Origin: Chiloscyllium plagiosum
Taxonomy: Eukaryota
Length of the DNA stretch: 64,000 nucleotides
Direction of reading: 5' to 3'
Assembly: GCF_004010195.1 (NCBI RefSeq)
Contig: NC_057718.1
Coordinates: 88,015,424 to 88,079,423 of the forward strand
Each line of letters opens with the position of its first letter. The stretch's first letter is position 1. The notes beneath the pieces are model-generated. The model did no database searches. It was not told the DNA's origin and saw nothing but the letters and a program-made list of their open reading frames with translations. Of this stretch, positions 50,462 through 61,734 are shown one piece after another. The position numbers were made by a program, and so were the translations under genes.

Positions 50462-51689
50462 TTTTTTTTCCCTATTTGGTTCCATAATCTATATTCCAGG
50501 AAACTGCCAGCACAAACATTCTTTGAAACACCCCTTTTATACCATTTTTGCCAATTGGATTGCCTTAGTCCATGTGTAGATTAAAAGCCCCTATTAGTAT
50601 AAATTGACATTGTGATAAGCACTTTACTCAACTGTCAGCAGGGCCTAAAAATTGCTGGTGGGAGCAGTTAACTGACTCTTGTTGTTCCCAATATCTATTA
50701 TTACTGGCTTTATGTTTCATGATTATCTGATTCAAATTTTAATCACTAATGACCTTATTCTTGATTATTGGGGCTACCCCATCTCTTTGCCAATCTGTCT
50801 GTGTTTTTCTGAAAAGTGTACCTCTAAATTTATTGCCTAATCTTGGTCACTTTTTGAAGCTATGTCTTTGTAATGATGAATCTAAACACTTCCTATATGA
50901 TCATGCTTTATAAATTCCTATCTTAGAAGTTATTTTGATCTGTGAGAAAGAGATCCCAGCATTCATAGTGGTAACAAAATCCCAATTAGAACTACAGGAC
51001 CTACTATGTTGATGGAGGGTTTTCACATCTGCAGTGAATACTAGAACAACTATTTCCATAGCAGTAAGGTAATGCTTAAATTTCTCCATTTGCTCTTTTT
51101 TGGCTCCCTGGCTGTGGAGATGCAACTTAAAAAAAAATGTAATTGTTCATTATGGGCAATTGTGATTAGACATGGTTAATTCCATGGTCATCATTTGTCT
51201 GCATTCTGCTTTAGGAAGTCAGTCAGGTATTCCTCTCCTGATTGCAGATTGACAAGTGCCCAGGAACTATCTATTACCATTGTTAGTTCTGTGGAAAATA
51301 TAGGCCATTAGTATCTTGGTCACACTGTAACATATTTGTTCGTTAGTGATTTAAAGTACCTATTTGGAGCTGTCCTTCAGATGACTTACAAATGTTACGA
51401 ATTAGTATCCCCAGAAACCTGTTCGAGTGAAATTAATTCAGGCAGGGATCGAAACACAGTTCGAAATACCACTCTACCTCACCCTCCCCGAAAACTAAAG
51501 GGAACTGTTGAAGGGGAGAGGGCAAATATAAATATTCTCTCAGAACCCACTACCCTTAACCATGCGAATTGCACGCTCCTTGTTCTCCAGCATTGCAAGA
51601 AAAATACAGGACTTGAAATAATCTCCGTGTTCCCACTCACGAAACAAAAATATTCTGGTACGTAAGAGTTAAGTGTTTTTTTTGAAACC

Positions 51690-52198
51690 AAAAAAAATGA
51701 ACACAACGCCATTCTTCCTGATTGAACCACAGGGGAGGGATGCCTCCTGATTAAATTCACTGCTTCCTTGGTAAGTACAGAGCTGAAAGCGTTTTCTCCT
51801 CCTATTGCACGCACAAAGCTGCGGAGGATCTGAAAAACTCCAGAACGTGACCCTCTGTTCCATCCCAAACAGCATCTGACTGCTGCAGCAATGTCGACCT
51901 ATTCCTGTCACCACAGCAACGGCTGCATCACAACTTAAACCAGTCTGATGTCCTGCAGTCTGCTGAACAAAGACCCCAGATCCAATGGTGGGTTTTTTGT
52001 TCGGAAGCGGATCAGAGCAGGCTGCTGATTGGCGCTCACGCTTGATTGAAAGCATCATGTGGATTAAGCGAGAGAGAGGGAACTCTCCAGTGAACTGATG
52101 ATCATTGTTGACTAAGATTTTATTTGCTTTTAAAAGTTGCAGTGCGTTTTTGAGGAGCACTGAGCCAGATTTCTGCAGAGCCTGGAGTCTGAGTGAGT
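51690..52198 (+). promoter_or_regulatory. Candidate promoter / non-coding first exon about 3 kb upstream of the coding exon
   Basis: Repeat-free, locally CpG-enriched, reverse CCAAT (GATTGGCG ~52027), donor-like sites G|GTAAGT at 51771 and A|GTGAGT at 52193. Confidence 0.35.
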
Positions 52199-53221
52199 AT
52201 GCCAGTTTAATAACTGTGGTGACGAACCGTACTCACTGAAGTGATACCAGACATGCAGGCCTCCCAGCGATAGATGTCAAGGCAGAGAAGCTCAATAGTG
52301 AATGTACCTTATTGTTTTTTGTTTGCAATAGTTCTGTGGTTCAGTATGTCTCAACAAACTGAATTATATAATTTTGTATTGGAGGCCATTCAGTCCATCA
52401 TCCTTGTTCCAATTCTTCAAAAGTTCTATCCAATTGCATCCACTCCATGCTCCTCACTCTTCGTTGCCAGCAGAAGTTTTCCTCAAGATATCTATTCAGT
52501 CATCTTTTTTGTTCTGTACAGATTTAAGACACTTTTTGCCCTTCCTGGAAGTGGATTCTAATTTTTTTTTTAAAATCCCAACTCCCCCGGCCAATTGTTT
52601 TACATCTATGACTCTCCTGTCCATGGATTTGCTTGCTCACTAATTGCCATAACATATTGTTAACTGTTTTGGCCCTCCTTGTTGCTTTAATAAATCATAT
52701 ATGGAAGTTTTCAAAATCTGGAAGAATAATGTTTCTGAAATCCTTGCTACTGGCTTTTAGTAAGCCTCCCTGTAACTTGTTTTCATCCGAGTGCAGTGAA
52801 AGTGAGGGGATTTCTGATCAGCTGAGTGCACTGCTAATAATTAGTGAGATGTCCTTGGGTAAGCTTTAAAGGTTGAAAAACTGAGCACTGCCTTCTCATT
52901 TTTAAGGGGAGAAAGCATATATGTAAGGGAAGGGCTCTTGTGCAGTGGTATCTTTGGAGTGGGAGGCCTGGGTTCAAGTCTTAACTTGCTCCAGAGATAT
53001 GTAATATACCACTGAATAGGTTGAGAAAATACTTAGTGAGGCAGCAAGGATTCAGGTACTAATCTCCTCCCTCCTCCCAGAATGTTAGCATCGGAATCTA
53101 TAACAATTACCGTTACTATTTAAAAACAGACATTTTTACCATACAAAAGTAACCAGTTTCTATGATGCTGTCTGATTAAACGAGCACATGCTTTTTGTAG
53201 GGAATTAACTATACTCTCTCC

Positions 53222-53600
53222 CTTGGCTAATTAGTCATATTTGTGCCTCTGAATCAGATGATTGTGGATTGAAATGCCACTCCATGTTTATTATAAAATT
53301 TTAGATCGGTACTCCAGTGCAGACTGCTGCTTTGTTGGAAGTGCGATGTCCCAGATGAGTCACTAAATAGAGTCCTATCTCCCCACTTGGGGCTGAAGAT
53401 TTTATTTTGAAAAGAGCAACTGGAGTTCTCCCTGGCATTCTGGCCAGAGCTCATCCCTCAACCAAAATCTCAACTGAAAGATCATTATTGCATAGTTTTT
53501 GGGAGCTTGCTGTATGTAAATTGGCTGTCATATTTCCTTATTTCACAAAAGTGACTTCTGATATCCTAAAGTCATAAAAGATGGCAACAAAAATAAATCT
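53222..53600 (+). mobile_element. SacSINE1/Deu-like SINE
   Basis: GCCTCTGAATCAG...CCACTCC...GAGCAACTGGAGTTCTCCCTGGCATTCTGGCCA...GGGAGCTTGCTGT..AAATTGGCTG. Confidence 0.7.
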
Positions 53601-53977
53601 TTAAGGTCGGAGTACAAATAAAGCCAAGGAGGGGGTGGGTAAGCCTTTGAGTTCTGAATGTTATCGATTGTATTGTTAGTCATTTGATCATAAAACTTTT
53701 ATTGTGCAACTTGAACTTCTGAAGATCATTTAAGGGCAAGATGAAGTGCTTCTCTGCAATTCATGTAAACTATAAGAATCACATTTTTCGATCAGAAAAT
53801 ATCTGTGCAAGCTTTTGAAGTTGATCCTCTACCTGATTTCTGCTGTACCTTCTATTCAGCTGGGACTGCACTGCAGTGTTGTGTTAGTGTCTGCATTGCG
53901 GGGCTCTTCAGTACACTCTGACACTGATAATGATCTGAAGAGTTTGAGAAATGAGACTGCTCATGCAGTCATATATT

Positions 53978-54520
53978 AATACAGCATGGAAACACATCTT
54001 TCGGTCTAACTCATCAAAGCCAACCAGATATCCCAATCTTACTTAGTTGCATTTGGTCCATATCCCCCTCAACCCTTCCTATTCACAAATCTATCCAGCT
54101 ACCTTTAAATGTTGTAATAGTACCCACCACCATGCTTTGTGTGAAAAAATTACTCCTCCGGTCCTTTTTTTTCTTAAATCTATCTCATCTAAAACCTATG
54201 CCTTCTAGTTTTGGACTTTCTTTTCTCTACCCTNNNNNNNNNNNNNNNNNNNNNNNNNNNNNNNNNNNNNNNNNNNNNNNNNNNNNNNNNNNNNNCCATA
54301 GCTATTCACTCTATCCATGGTCCTCATGATTTTATAAACCTGTATAAAGTAACCCCTCCGCCTCCAGGGGGGGAAAAATGCCCCAGCCTATATAGCCTCT
54401 CCCTATAAGTCAAAACCTCCAACCCTGACAACCTTGTTAATCTTTTCTGTACCCTCCCATCTTTCCTGAAGAAGGCGACCAAAATTGTTTGCCATGTTCT
54501 AAAAGTGGCCTCACCAATGT
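53978..54520 (-). mobile_element. CR1 3' fragment with assembly gap
   Basis: [26 protein letters not shown] motifs and 3' tail. Confidence 0.85.
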
Positions 54521-55319
54521 CAAACATTGCTCTAAATTGAAAAAGGTATTGTGGAATGATGTCATGTGTATGTCTAGTACAGTATGGACATGAATGGTAG
54601 TGATTTCAGAGCATTTCATGTTGAGTTCTTTTATTTTTGTTTGTCTCCCATTTCTGACATGGAGATTATATGGATCCTATTAGTTTTTAGTTGGAAATAA
54701 AAACTCAGCAGGTTTAGCATTATTGAGGTGACTAATAGGAAATGGAGCAAAATACTGAGGGATGACTACTTTATCTGGAGGAAAGAAGTCTATTATTTTG
54801 CACCCTGGCCAGCTCTTGCTGTCCCCATCTCACGGAGAAGCTCTGTTGCACTTGAATGGTTACAGAAAAGTGCAGGGCTGACTGATCACCATGTGGAGAA
54901 TTGTAGATCTTGCAACAGAAAAGGCAGCCGTTTGGTCCATCATACCCATGCTGCCTCTAAGAGATATCCAGTTAGTCTCTCTTTTTGCTTTTTGTTCATG
55001 GTACTCCAAACTTTTTTTTATTTGCAATTCTTGTCTGAGAGTGATTTTTGCTTTCACCAATCCGTAACGGAATCCCGACAATTTTCTTAACCACCTCTTC
55101 CCTGTTGTTTGCCCTGTCCAAAACCCTAATTTTACTGAAATGGTATAAAACTTTTGCACAAAGCACTGGAAAATCTATTTGTGACTCTTCAGTCCACGTT
55201 TTAAACTGTTAAAAGTTAGATTTTGCATGATTTAAATCTTTAAGTCTGTTTGACCGTTTTAAAGTGGGAAGTAACTTGACAACTCAAATGTTTCATTCTC
55301 TCTTGTTTTACTTTTACAG

Positions 55320-55870
55320 ATGAGTACCATGTTCTTCCAGATGTCTTGCCACCTGTTCGAGAGTCTCTGTCCCGTAGAGCGACCTTGACTGCGCCTATTG
55401 GCTTCTTGCACACAGATAATAGACGGTATGGTGGAACGAGAAGCATGGATTCATCTGACCGCGATCGCCCAGTCAGCTATAGTTCCACATCTTCCTCTGC
55501 CTCCTCCAGGGATAGCCACTGCTCCTTGAGCAGTGGGATGACCCTGGTCTCCAACAGCCACTTAGGCCTTCCTGGCCAAGAGAAGGAAGCTGGGGCCATC
55601 CGGCTGGAGCTGATCCCAGCAGGGCACTTGGCTGGCACAGATGATTGTGCAAAGGTTAATTTGCCACATACGAATTCTGGAGAGCTGGATGTGAAAAGGC
55701 CCGGATTCATTGGAATCAAAAGAGTTGACTCCAGGGTGCCCCACAAGAATCGTGCAATGTCACCAGGAGCTGCATCTGCAAGCCCCAAGCTGCTTTACGT
55801 GGACAGAGTGGTGCAGGAAATTCTGGAGACTGAGCGGACCTATGTTGAAGATCTAAGGAGCATTGTGAAG
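55320..55870 (+). CDS. PLEKHG1: Coding exon of PLEKHG1 (PH and RhoGEF domain-containing G1): N-terminus plus start of the Dbl-homology domain
   Basis: Translation [42 protein letters not shown]...EAGAIRLELIPA...[30 protein letters not shown] closely matches the recalled vertebrate PLEKHG1 N-terminus ([25 protein letters not shown]...[30 protein letters not shown]). Polypyrimidine tract and CAG acceptor end at 55319; ATG at 55445; AAG|GT donor at 55870/55871 (phase 0). The ORF-track tail beyond 55870 is intron read-through. Confidence 0.93.
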
Positions 55871-56194
55871 GTACTACTCATCTGTTGGATCAAAGAGTTA
55901 ATTTTGTCTTGTACTGATGAGTTCTGTTTTGGGCTTAGAAAATGCAGGCAGCAATTATTAGTTTATGTGGAATGTTGGTCTTATTTAAGAGATCTAGAAT
56001 ACAAATAGGTGTTAGTCGTATAAAGCTCTAATTTGACCATTGTAAAAAAAAAAAAGATGGTGAGGGTACTTGGAACAAAATACAAGGAGTGCTAAAAGTA
56101 GAAGTGCAAATGATTAGGTGTGAAAATGAGGAGAAAAGAGGTCTGTTTTGCTTAGAGCAATGTGAACAAGACACAAGATTATGGCTTTTAGGGT

Positions 56195-56450
56195 GGTGGG
56201 GGAAATTATTGAACTCCATCCATTTTGTGTCCTAAAGGCTATAAAGTACCAAAGTGGAAAATAGTGGCATTCCTCCAGCTCATGTGGAGTTTTGTTGTAA
56301 TACTGCAGTGGGCCCAGGACAGAAATGTTAACATTGAGGCAAGATGGTTCAGTTGAAATGGCAAGCAACTGGAAGATTTGGGTCATTATTACAGACCGTG
56401 GAGGGGTTCTACAAAGCAGACATTTACATAGTTTTGATGTTTCCTCATCA
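56195..56450 (-). mobile_element. Old Penelope-like GIY-YIG fragment
   Basis: Minus frames give NDPNLPVACHFN, NISVLGPLQ...ELEECH and MEFNNF, resembling the Neptune-type C-terminus LPVAxHFN...SVLGL...KLEEQHLIF...NIEFNNF. Confidence 0.6.
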
Positions 56451-59400
56451 GAAGCCATTGATTTATTTTTGTAATAGAAATCTGTTGGGTCATTATTAGC
56501 AAATCAAGTCTGAATGGCTTTGGTGGTTCTCTTTAAGTTCTGGCTGAGGGAGACACCTTGTTTATTCTCTACTTTTTTTGTTCTGTTGGCTGGCTGGAAT
56601 GTTCATACGTGCATGGAATGTTTACAGTCAGAGGTGGTGAGTTTGCTTTTGCTCGGATAGTTGCTAGAGATTATTGAAAGCCGCCAATGTGAACATAGAT
56701 GATCAATAGCAGCCATTTTAAATCTGGCAGTGTAAATTTTAAAATTTGTTTTTTTAGTTTCACACTCACACTCTCTCTTTCCTGTCAATAGTTACCTTCT
56801 GTGAATCATATAAACTTAATTAAAACATGCTCAAATTATGAATTACATCATTTATGTAGCATCTTCAGAAACCATATTAATGATGCTACACTTAAAATAC
56901 AGAACAAATTAGTTCTGTTTGACTTCTGTTGACTGGTATTGTATCAGATCAGTTGCTCAATTGTTGTTTAACCCTCATTTAAACTGTTCCAAATAGGCTG
57001 GATTTTGTACTGTTTTGCTTCGACAATATGAACAATCAAGGCAGTTATTTAATCTGCAGAATGTTATTGGAAATGTTGCTCACAAGATCTTGGAGGCTCC
57101 TAGCATTGATGGGAGGATGCTGAGGCTTTTCTCTCTTGACAGAGGGCACTTTTGCCTTGCACTCCAGTGTCTCCATTTTATATCTCCCTTTAGTTTCAAT
57201 TGGTCTGATTAATGATGGGACCTATCCATTGTCTGAAAGAAAACTGGAATTACTTTTGGACCATTACCTCAAGTCAATCATGTTGAAAGACAGCATATGT
57301 TGAATGTACGGAGTGTGGGGACTTTAAAGTGTTAATTGAATATTCTCCATAATGAACAAAGAATTTGTGGTGCGGGGGAGGAATTGGTCTTTCAGGATGC
57401 TCTTTTTAAGATTGTAGACCATCAAGTTGTACAGTGTACAATGTGTGGCCATCAGTACATTGTACTTGTACCAGCCCTTTGTAAGAGCTTTCTTAGAAAA
57501 GGTCTGGAGAAAGATACTATTTAATTGTGTAACTACAGGAATTCCCTTTTTTGCTTTTAAATTTATGCCTAAAGATGCTTTAACCGTCCATTCAAGTAAG
57601 GAATTCCAGATCATACTGGTACTTGGGTCAATTAATTTGATATAGTTATTTCCTTCATGCATGAAAGTGGGATATAGGGGGCTTCTGAAATGAGCCATAG
57701 GCAAACTAATCCGCAATAAACCATGATGTAATACTGTATCATTGACTGACTGTTTCATGGTATGGTACAATTAAGTCTCTTATTTATCATTATTATTGGC
57801 TACCAATTACCCTATTGTGGTGTAATATTACTAGTTTGACTGCCTTGGTACAATGGTGCTTTGTAAAAATAAGTCTTTAATTCAATGCACAAGATTTTGT
57901 TATTTTACTTTTGACTTGATCACAGATCAAATTCATGAGAATTTATTTAAGCCGAAGCAACATGTGTCCACAATATGCTGAAATGTTCCTTTGTACATAA
58001 GCTTTTTAAAGCATAGTGTCCTCAATTATTTCATTAAACATACTTTCTAATTCAGATTCTTCTAATTCATGTTATGCCCTAAACTCTTTCTCTCTTATCC
58101 CCCCACCCCCACCTCTTGCCCCATAGCAATAGTGTTCTTTTTGAAATATCCAGCTAAACTTTTGGGTCACCTACTAGGCACTGTAACAATTCCATATGAA
58201 ATGATTCAAACTTCCCTATCTCAATTCAGAAGACATCTGTGCAAGTTTCCGATTTCATTATGGAAGTGAGGAGTGCTCATCCACAAATAAATCCATGCCC
58301 CATGCCAAAACTGAATACATATTAAGTATCTTGATTGTTTCTACATGTGCAAGTCTTAAGTTGGAGAGTTTTTTTGGCACACTTTTTAATGAGGATAAAA
58401 CTATTATGGTGAGTCTTGTAATGTTGCCTACTTTTTACTTGTTCATTTTGTTATGATTTTGTTTCTATGAGCTGGATTTTACTCCCTTGCCAACTGATTT
58501 GAAGGTGGGGTCGTTCATAAAATCTAGCACATGTCCTTGCTGTTTGCCAATCATTATGAAATTTTACCAGAGTCGGTAGGAGGAGTAGTTGGAGGTATTA
58601 GCCTACCCACCCCTGGGCTAATTTGAGGCCCTGAAGTATCCAATTAAAGGCTGTTTTCTTCATGTCTAGTGGTAAGCCAGCATATTTAACTGTATAGACC
58701 TAGTGTCTGGCAAGGAGTGTATAGATTTTGCAGGGACTCTAGCTCAGAGACACTCTGATCCTTCTCTCTTTTATCCTCCCCTCCCTCTATTCATGCCAAC
58801 CTCTGCAACCTACCTGTGCTGACCCCCTGGCAAAATGAACCCCACTTAAACTTGGTGTCGAAATCCATTTGAAAACCTCTGCTGCAGGAAATTGTAATCC
58901 TACCATTTGCCCAGTGCTCCTTCCTGACACAACTGGGATTACAGTTGGTAGCCATTCAATTAAGCGCACAATGTCCCATGAAATCTAATCCCACCCCACC
59001 CCCAAGCGTTCTCTTTTTTTTAAATTTTCTGCTGTTGTCCACTACTTGATCTGTCTTCAGACACCTCTCACCACTTTTTGTTCCTCACACCCAACAAGCC
59101 AAAGGATGATTGTAGTTAGTACGATCAATGGAGAAGTAGTTGAAAAGAAGGGAACATTATGTTAGATGATTTGCTGGTTGTACAGTCTACAAATCCTTTT
59201 TAAATAGTCTGAGAACATTGGCATTGTTTTGCACAGATTCCCTGTGGTGCCACCAATTAGCAGAAGTAACATGGGCAACTGTTTGGATAAAGTTTTATTA
59301 GGGGTCAGTGCAACAGGTGGTGACCTTTCCAAGAGCCCTTCACTAGGCGAGAAGTCTCCTTTCATCTGGCTCTTTTAACGGCTGGGATAGAGCACAGGAC

Positions 59401-59603
59401 AATGGGCAGATTGACCTTCCATTCTGTTCAAACCATTAGCCTTTCTGGACAATGGAAGCATTCTTGACAATTCAGTTATTTTTAGTTGTGTACTGTTTAG
59501 CATCTTGCTGTATCAGGGAAATTTTCTGGGGGATTAGCTTGATTTGATTTGTCAAATTCAAGTCTACAAACAGAATATCAAAATTTTACAGCGCAGAAGT
59601 AAA

Positions 59604-60194
59604 TACAGGTAGTTCTGGGATAATACATGTTTCGCAGCGTGATTTGGCAATAATGTTGCTGAAGACATAGGACGGTATTTTGGAGTACATTTACCTCTTG
59701 GCAACAGTGTGATTCCACGGAAGTCAGTTTGCGTGCTTCGTTCTGTGCATGTGCTGAAATCTCCACGGCTTTTTGTGTATGCACCAATGTTCTTACATGC
59801 ATCCCTGTTCGTGCGTGTGTGGCGACTGTGTCGGTTTTCATGCAGTTCTGTGTATGCACCGATGCCCGCACCATAGTCTCTCCTCTTGCGCGTACACTGT
59901 CAGCTGCCGATAGAGCAGTTTTCTGAGGAACTGTCCAGAGAGGAGCTTTCCTATGTTTTTAAATATACTGCTTTAAGTTTTTTACTTTTTTTCTTTTCAT
60001 TGATAAATGATTTCAACCTTGATGCAGGCTGTACTATACTTTGCAGTATACTTCTGGGGGATTTTGTGTGAGATCAGGAGTGATTTTGTTTTGCTGTTCT
60101 GCCCCAAGCCCCACTTTTCCCATCGACCCCACTATTTCTACTAAGCGAGGTTTCACTGAAATGCAACTGCTGTGTTGTAGGAGAATTACCTGTA
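59604..60194. mobile_element. Tigger/pogo-type non-autonomous element (MITE), about 590 bp
   Basis: TA-CAGGTAGTTCT.. at 59604 and ..AGAATTACCTG-TA at 60194 form terminal inverted repeats with TA target duplication; no convincing ORF. Confidence 0.75.
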
Positions 60195-60269
60195 ATCATT
60201 TAATCCGGCTTTCTGAAAGAGCTCTTCCACTTCCTGGCAATTGGTAGCTTTTTGGATGTTGGCCTTGCT

Positions 60270-61365
60270 ACCGTTCTTTCTACCGGCCTCTGAGGCAGAA
60301 GGCTCGGGTTCAAGTCTCATATTGGAGATATGAGCACCCATTTAGGCTGATGCTATAGTATGCTATCTTTTACATGTGATAGTACATGTAGGACCTTTTG
60401 TTTAATGAGATTCCATGATACTGTCAAACACCAGAAAATTCTCCCCAACGTCATGCCAACATTTATCCTTTTATTAATGTTGGTAAGTGAAATCACTGGG
60501 TCATTAATCCCTCATTTTTAAAAAAAAGAACAATTGTGATAATGTATACAGGACTGGCTGCTGTTTTCTCTACCCTACAACAGTCTCTAGACTTTAAATT
60601 GGGTGAAGAGTACTTTGGGATGACCTGATGTTGTGAAAGGTGCTGGTTTTTCTTTGTTTCTAAAAAAAATATAAATGGATTCTGTTCACTCCACAGTATT
60701 GATTTGAGTTTCGAATTCTTAACTGCTCCCTTTTTTGTTTGGTGCATTTTCTAATGCCTTCCCTCCACTCCACTTTTGCATCTTAAATTTCTATAACAAA
60801 CTGCACTTCCACTCCAATTTCTGAAATAATTCTAATTCATCTACTTTGACTCTTCTATCATCCTCTCTATAAGGGGGTGTCGAGAATTACAGGTGATACT
60901 GCAACTGAGGCCTCGCCAATATTTTTCCTTGCTTTTTATATTTGCCTCCGTGTATAAAACTAAAGTGTCTGCTGTGGCTTAGTCATTGCTCTCAACTGAG
61001 TTAGATGGTCATAGATTTGAGTCCTAGAAGCTGGAGTTTATATTCCAGGCTGGTACTGTTGCAAGTGTCCTCTTTATTAATGAAGCAATTCAGGCCCTCC
61101 CTCCCCTGACCTGCTTTGGTAGAGTACAGGATCCCAGCATTCCAGTCAAAGAAGACCAGGAGTTCTCCCGGTATCTTGGTCAGTATTTATTCCTCTCAAC
61201 AAAATCTGATCCTTGCTGTTTGTGGGACCTTACTGTGTGCAAATTGAAAGCCATGCTTTCTAAATTACATCAGTAACCACACTTTTCAAGTACTTTTTAT
61301 TCATTTATGAATTATTTTGGGACATTGAGTTGGTGAAAAGTACAATATAAATATAAATTTACTTC
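60270..61365 (+). mobile_element. Two SacSINE1/Deu-like SINEs (~60270-60655 and ~60972-61365)
   Basis: Heads GCCTCTGAGGCAGAAGGCTCGGGTTCAAGTC and GTGGCTTAGT..; bodies GGAGTTCTCCCGGTATCTTGGTCA, TGCTGTTTGTGGGA, AGTACTTT..GGGA. Confidence 0.7.
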
Positions 61366-61734
61366 ATTTCTTGTTGCTCTAAAGCATGCCAGGAGGTGTA
61401 TTCCCTATTTGTCTGAAGCATCTCTGTTTGCAGGTGAGTGGAGCCTATAACAACCACTCAGTGATATCTAATACAGACTGTAAGGGTGGATTATCTTTTT
61501 TAAAATTCAATGTAAGGTGAAGGTTAAGTATCGTCTGCTTGGATCAATGAAGAAACTTGAGCAGAGAGGCAAACAGATCTCAAGCATGCACTTGTGCCAT
61601 CAGTCTGTTTTGAGCTATAGATGATGTTGTGGTGGTTCCCTTATCAACGGCTTACAGTTGCTGGAGCTTGTTTATGTACTGTGTGTTCTACAGATATCAA
61701 AGTTAAAATACACTGTTTACTTGGTAAAATTGCA

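Noticed and set aside
51479..52160. Minus-strand ORFs of 129 and 163 aa
   Set aside because: No recognisable domain or splice structure; likely a by-product of higher local GC.
55871..56008. C-terminal part of the 220-aa ORF (VLLICWIKELIL...)
   Set aside because: PLEKHG1 similarity stops at the AAG|GT donor; this is intron read-through.
58471..59030. Possible Harbinger-like MITE (GCTGGATTTTA...TAAAATCTAGC)
   Set aside because: Only an 11-bp imperfect inverted repeat; ends and TSD cannot be established.
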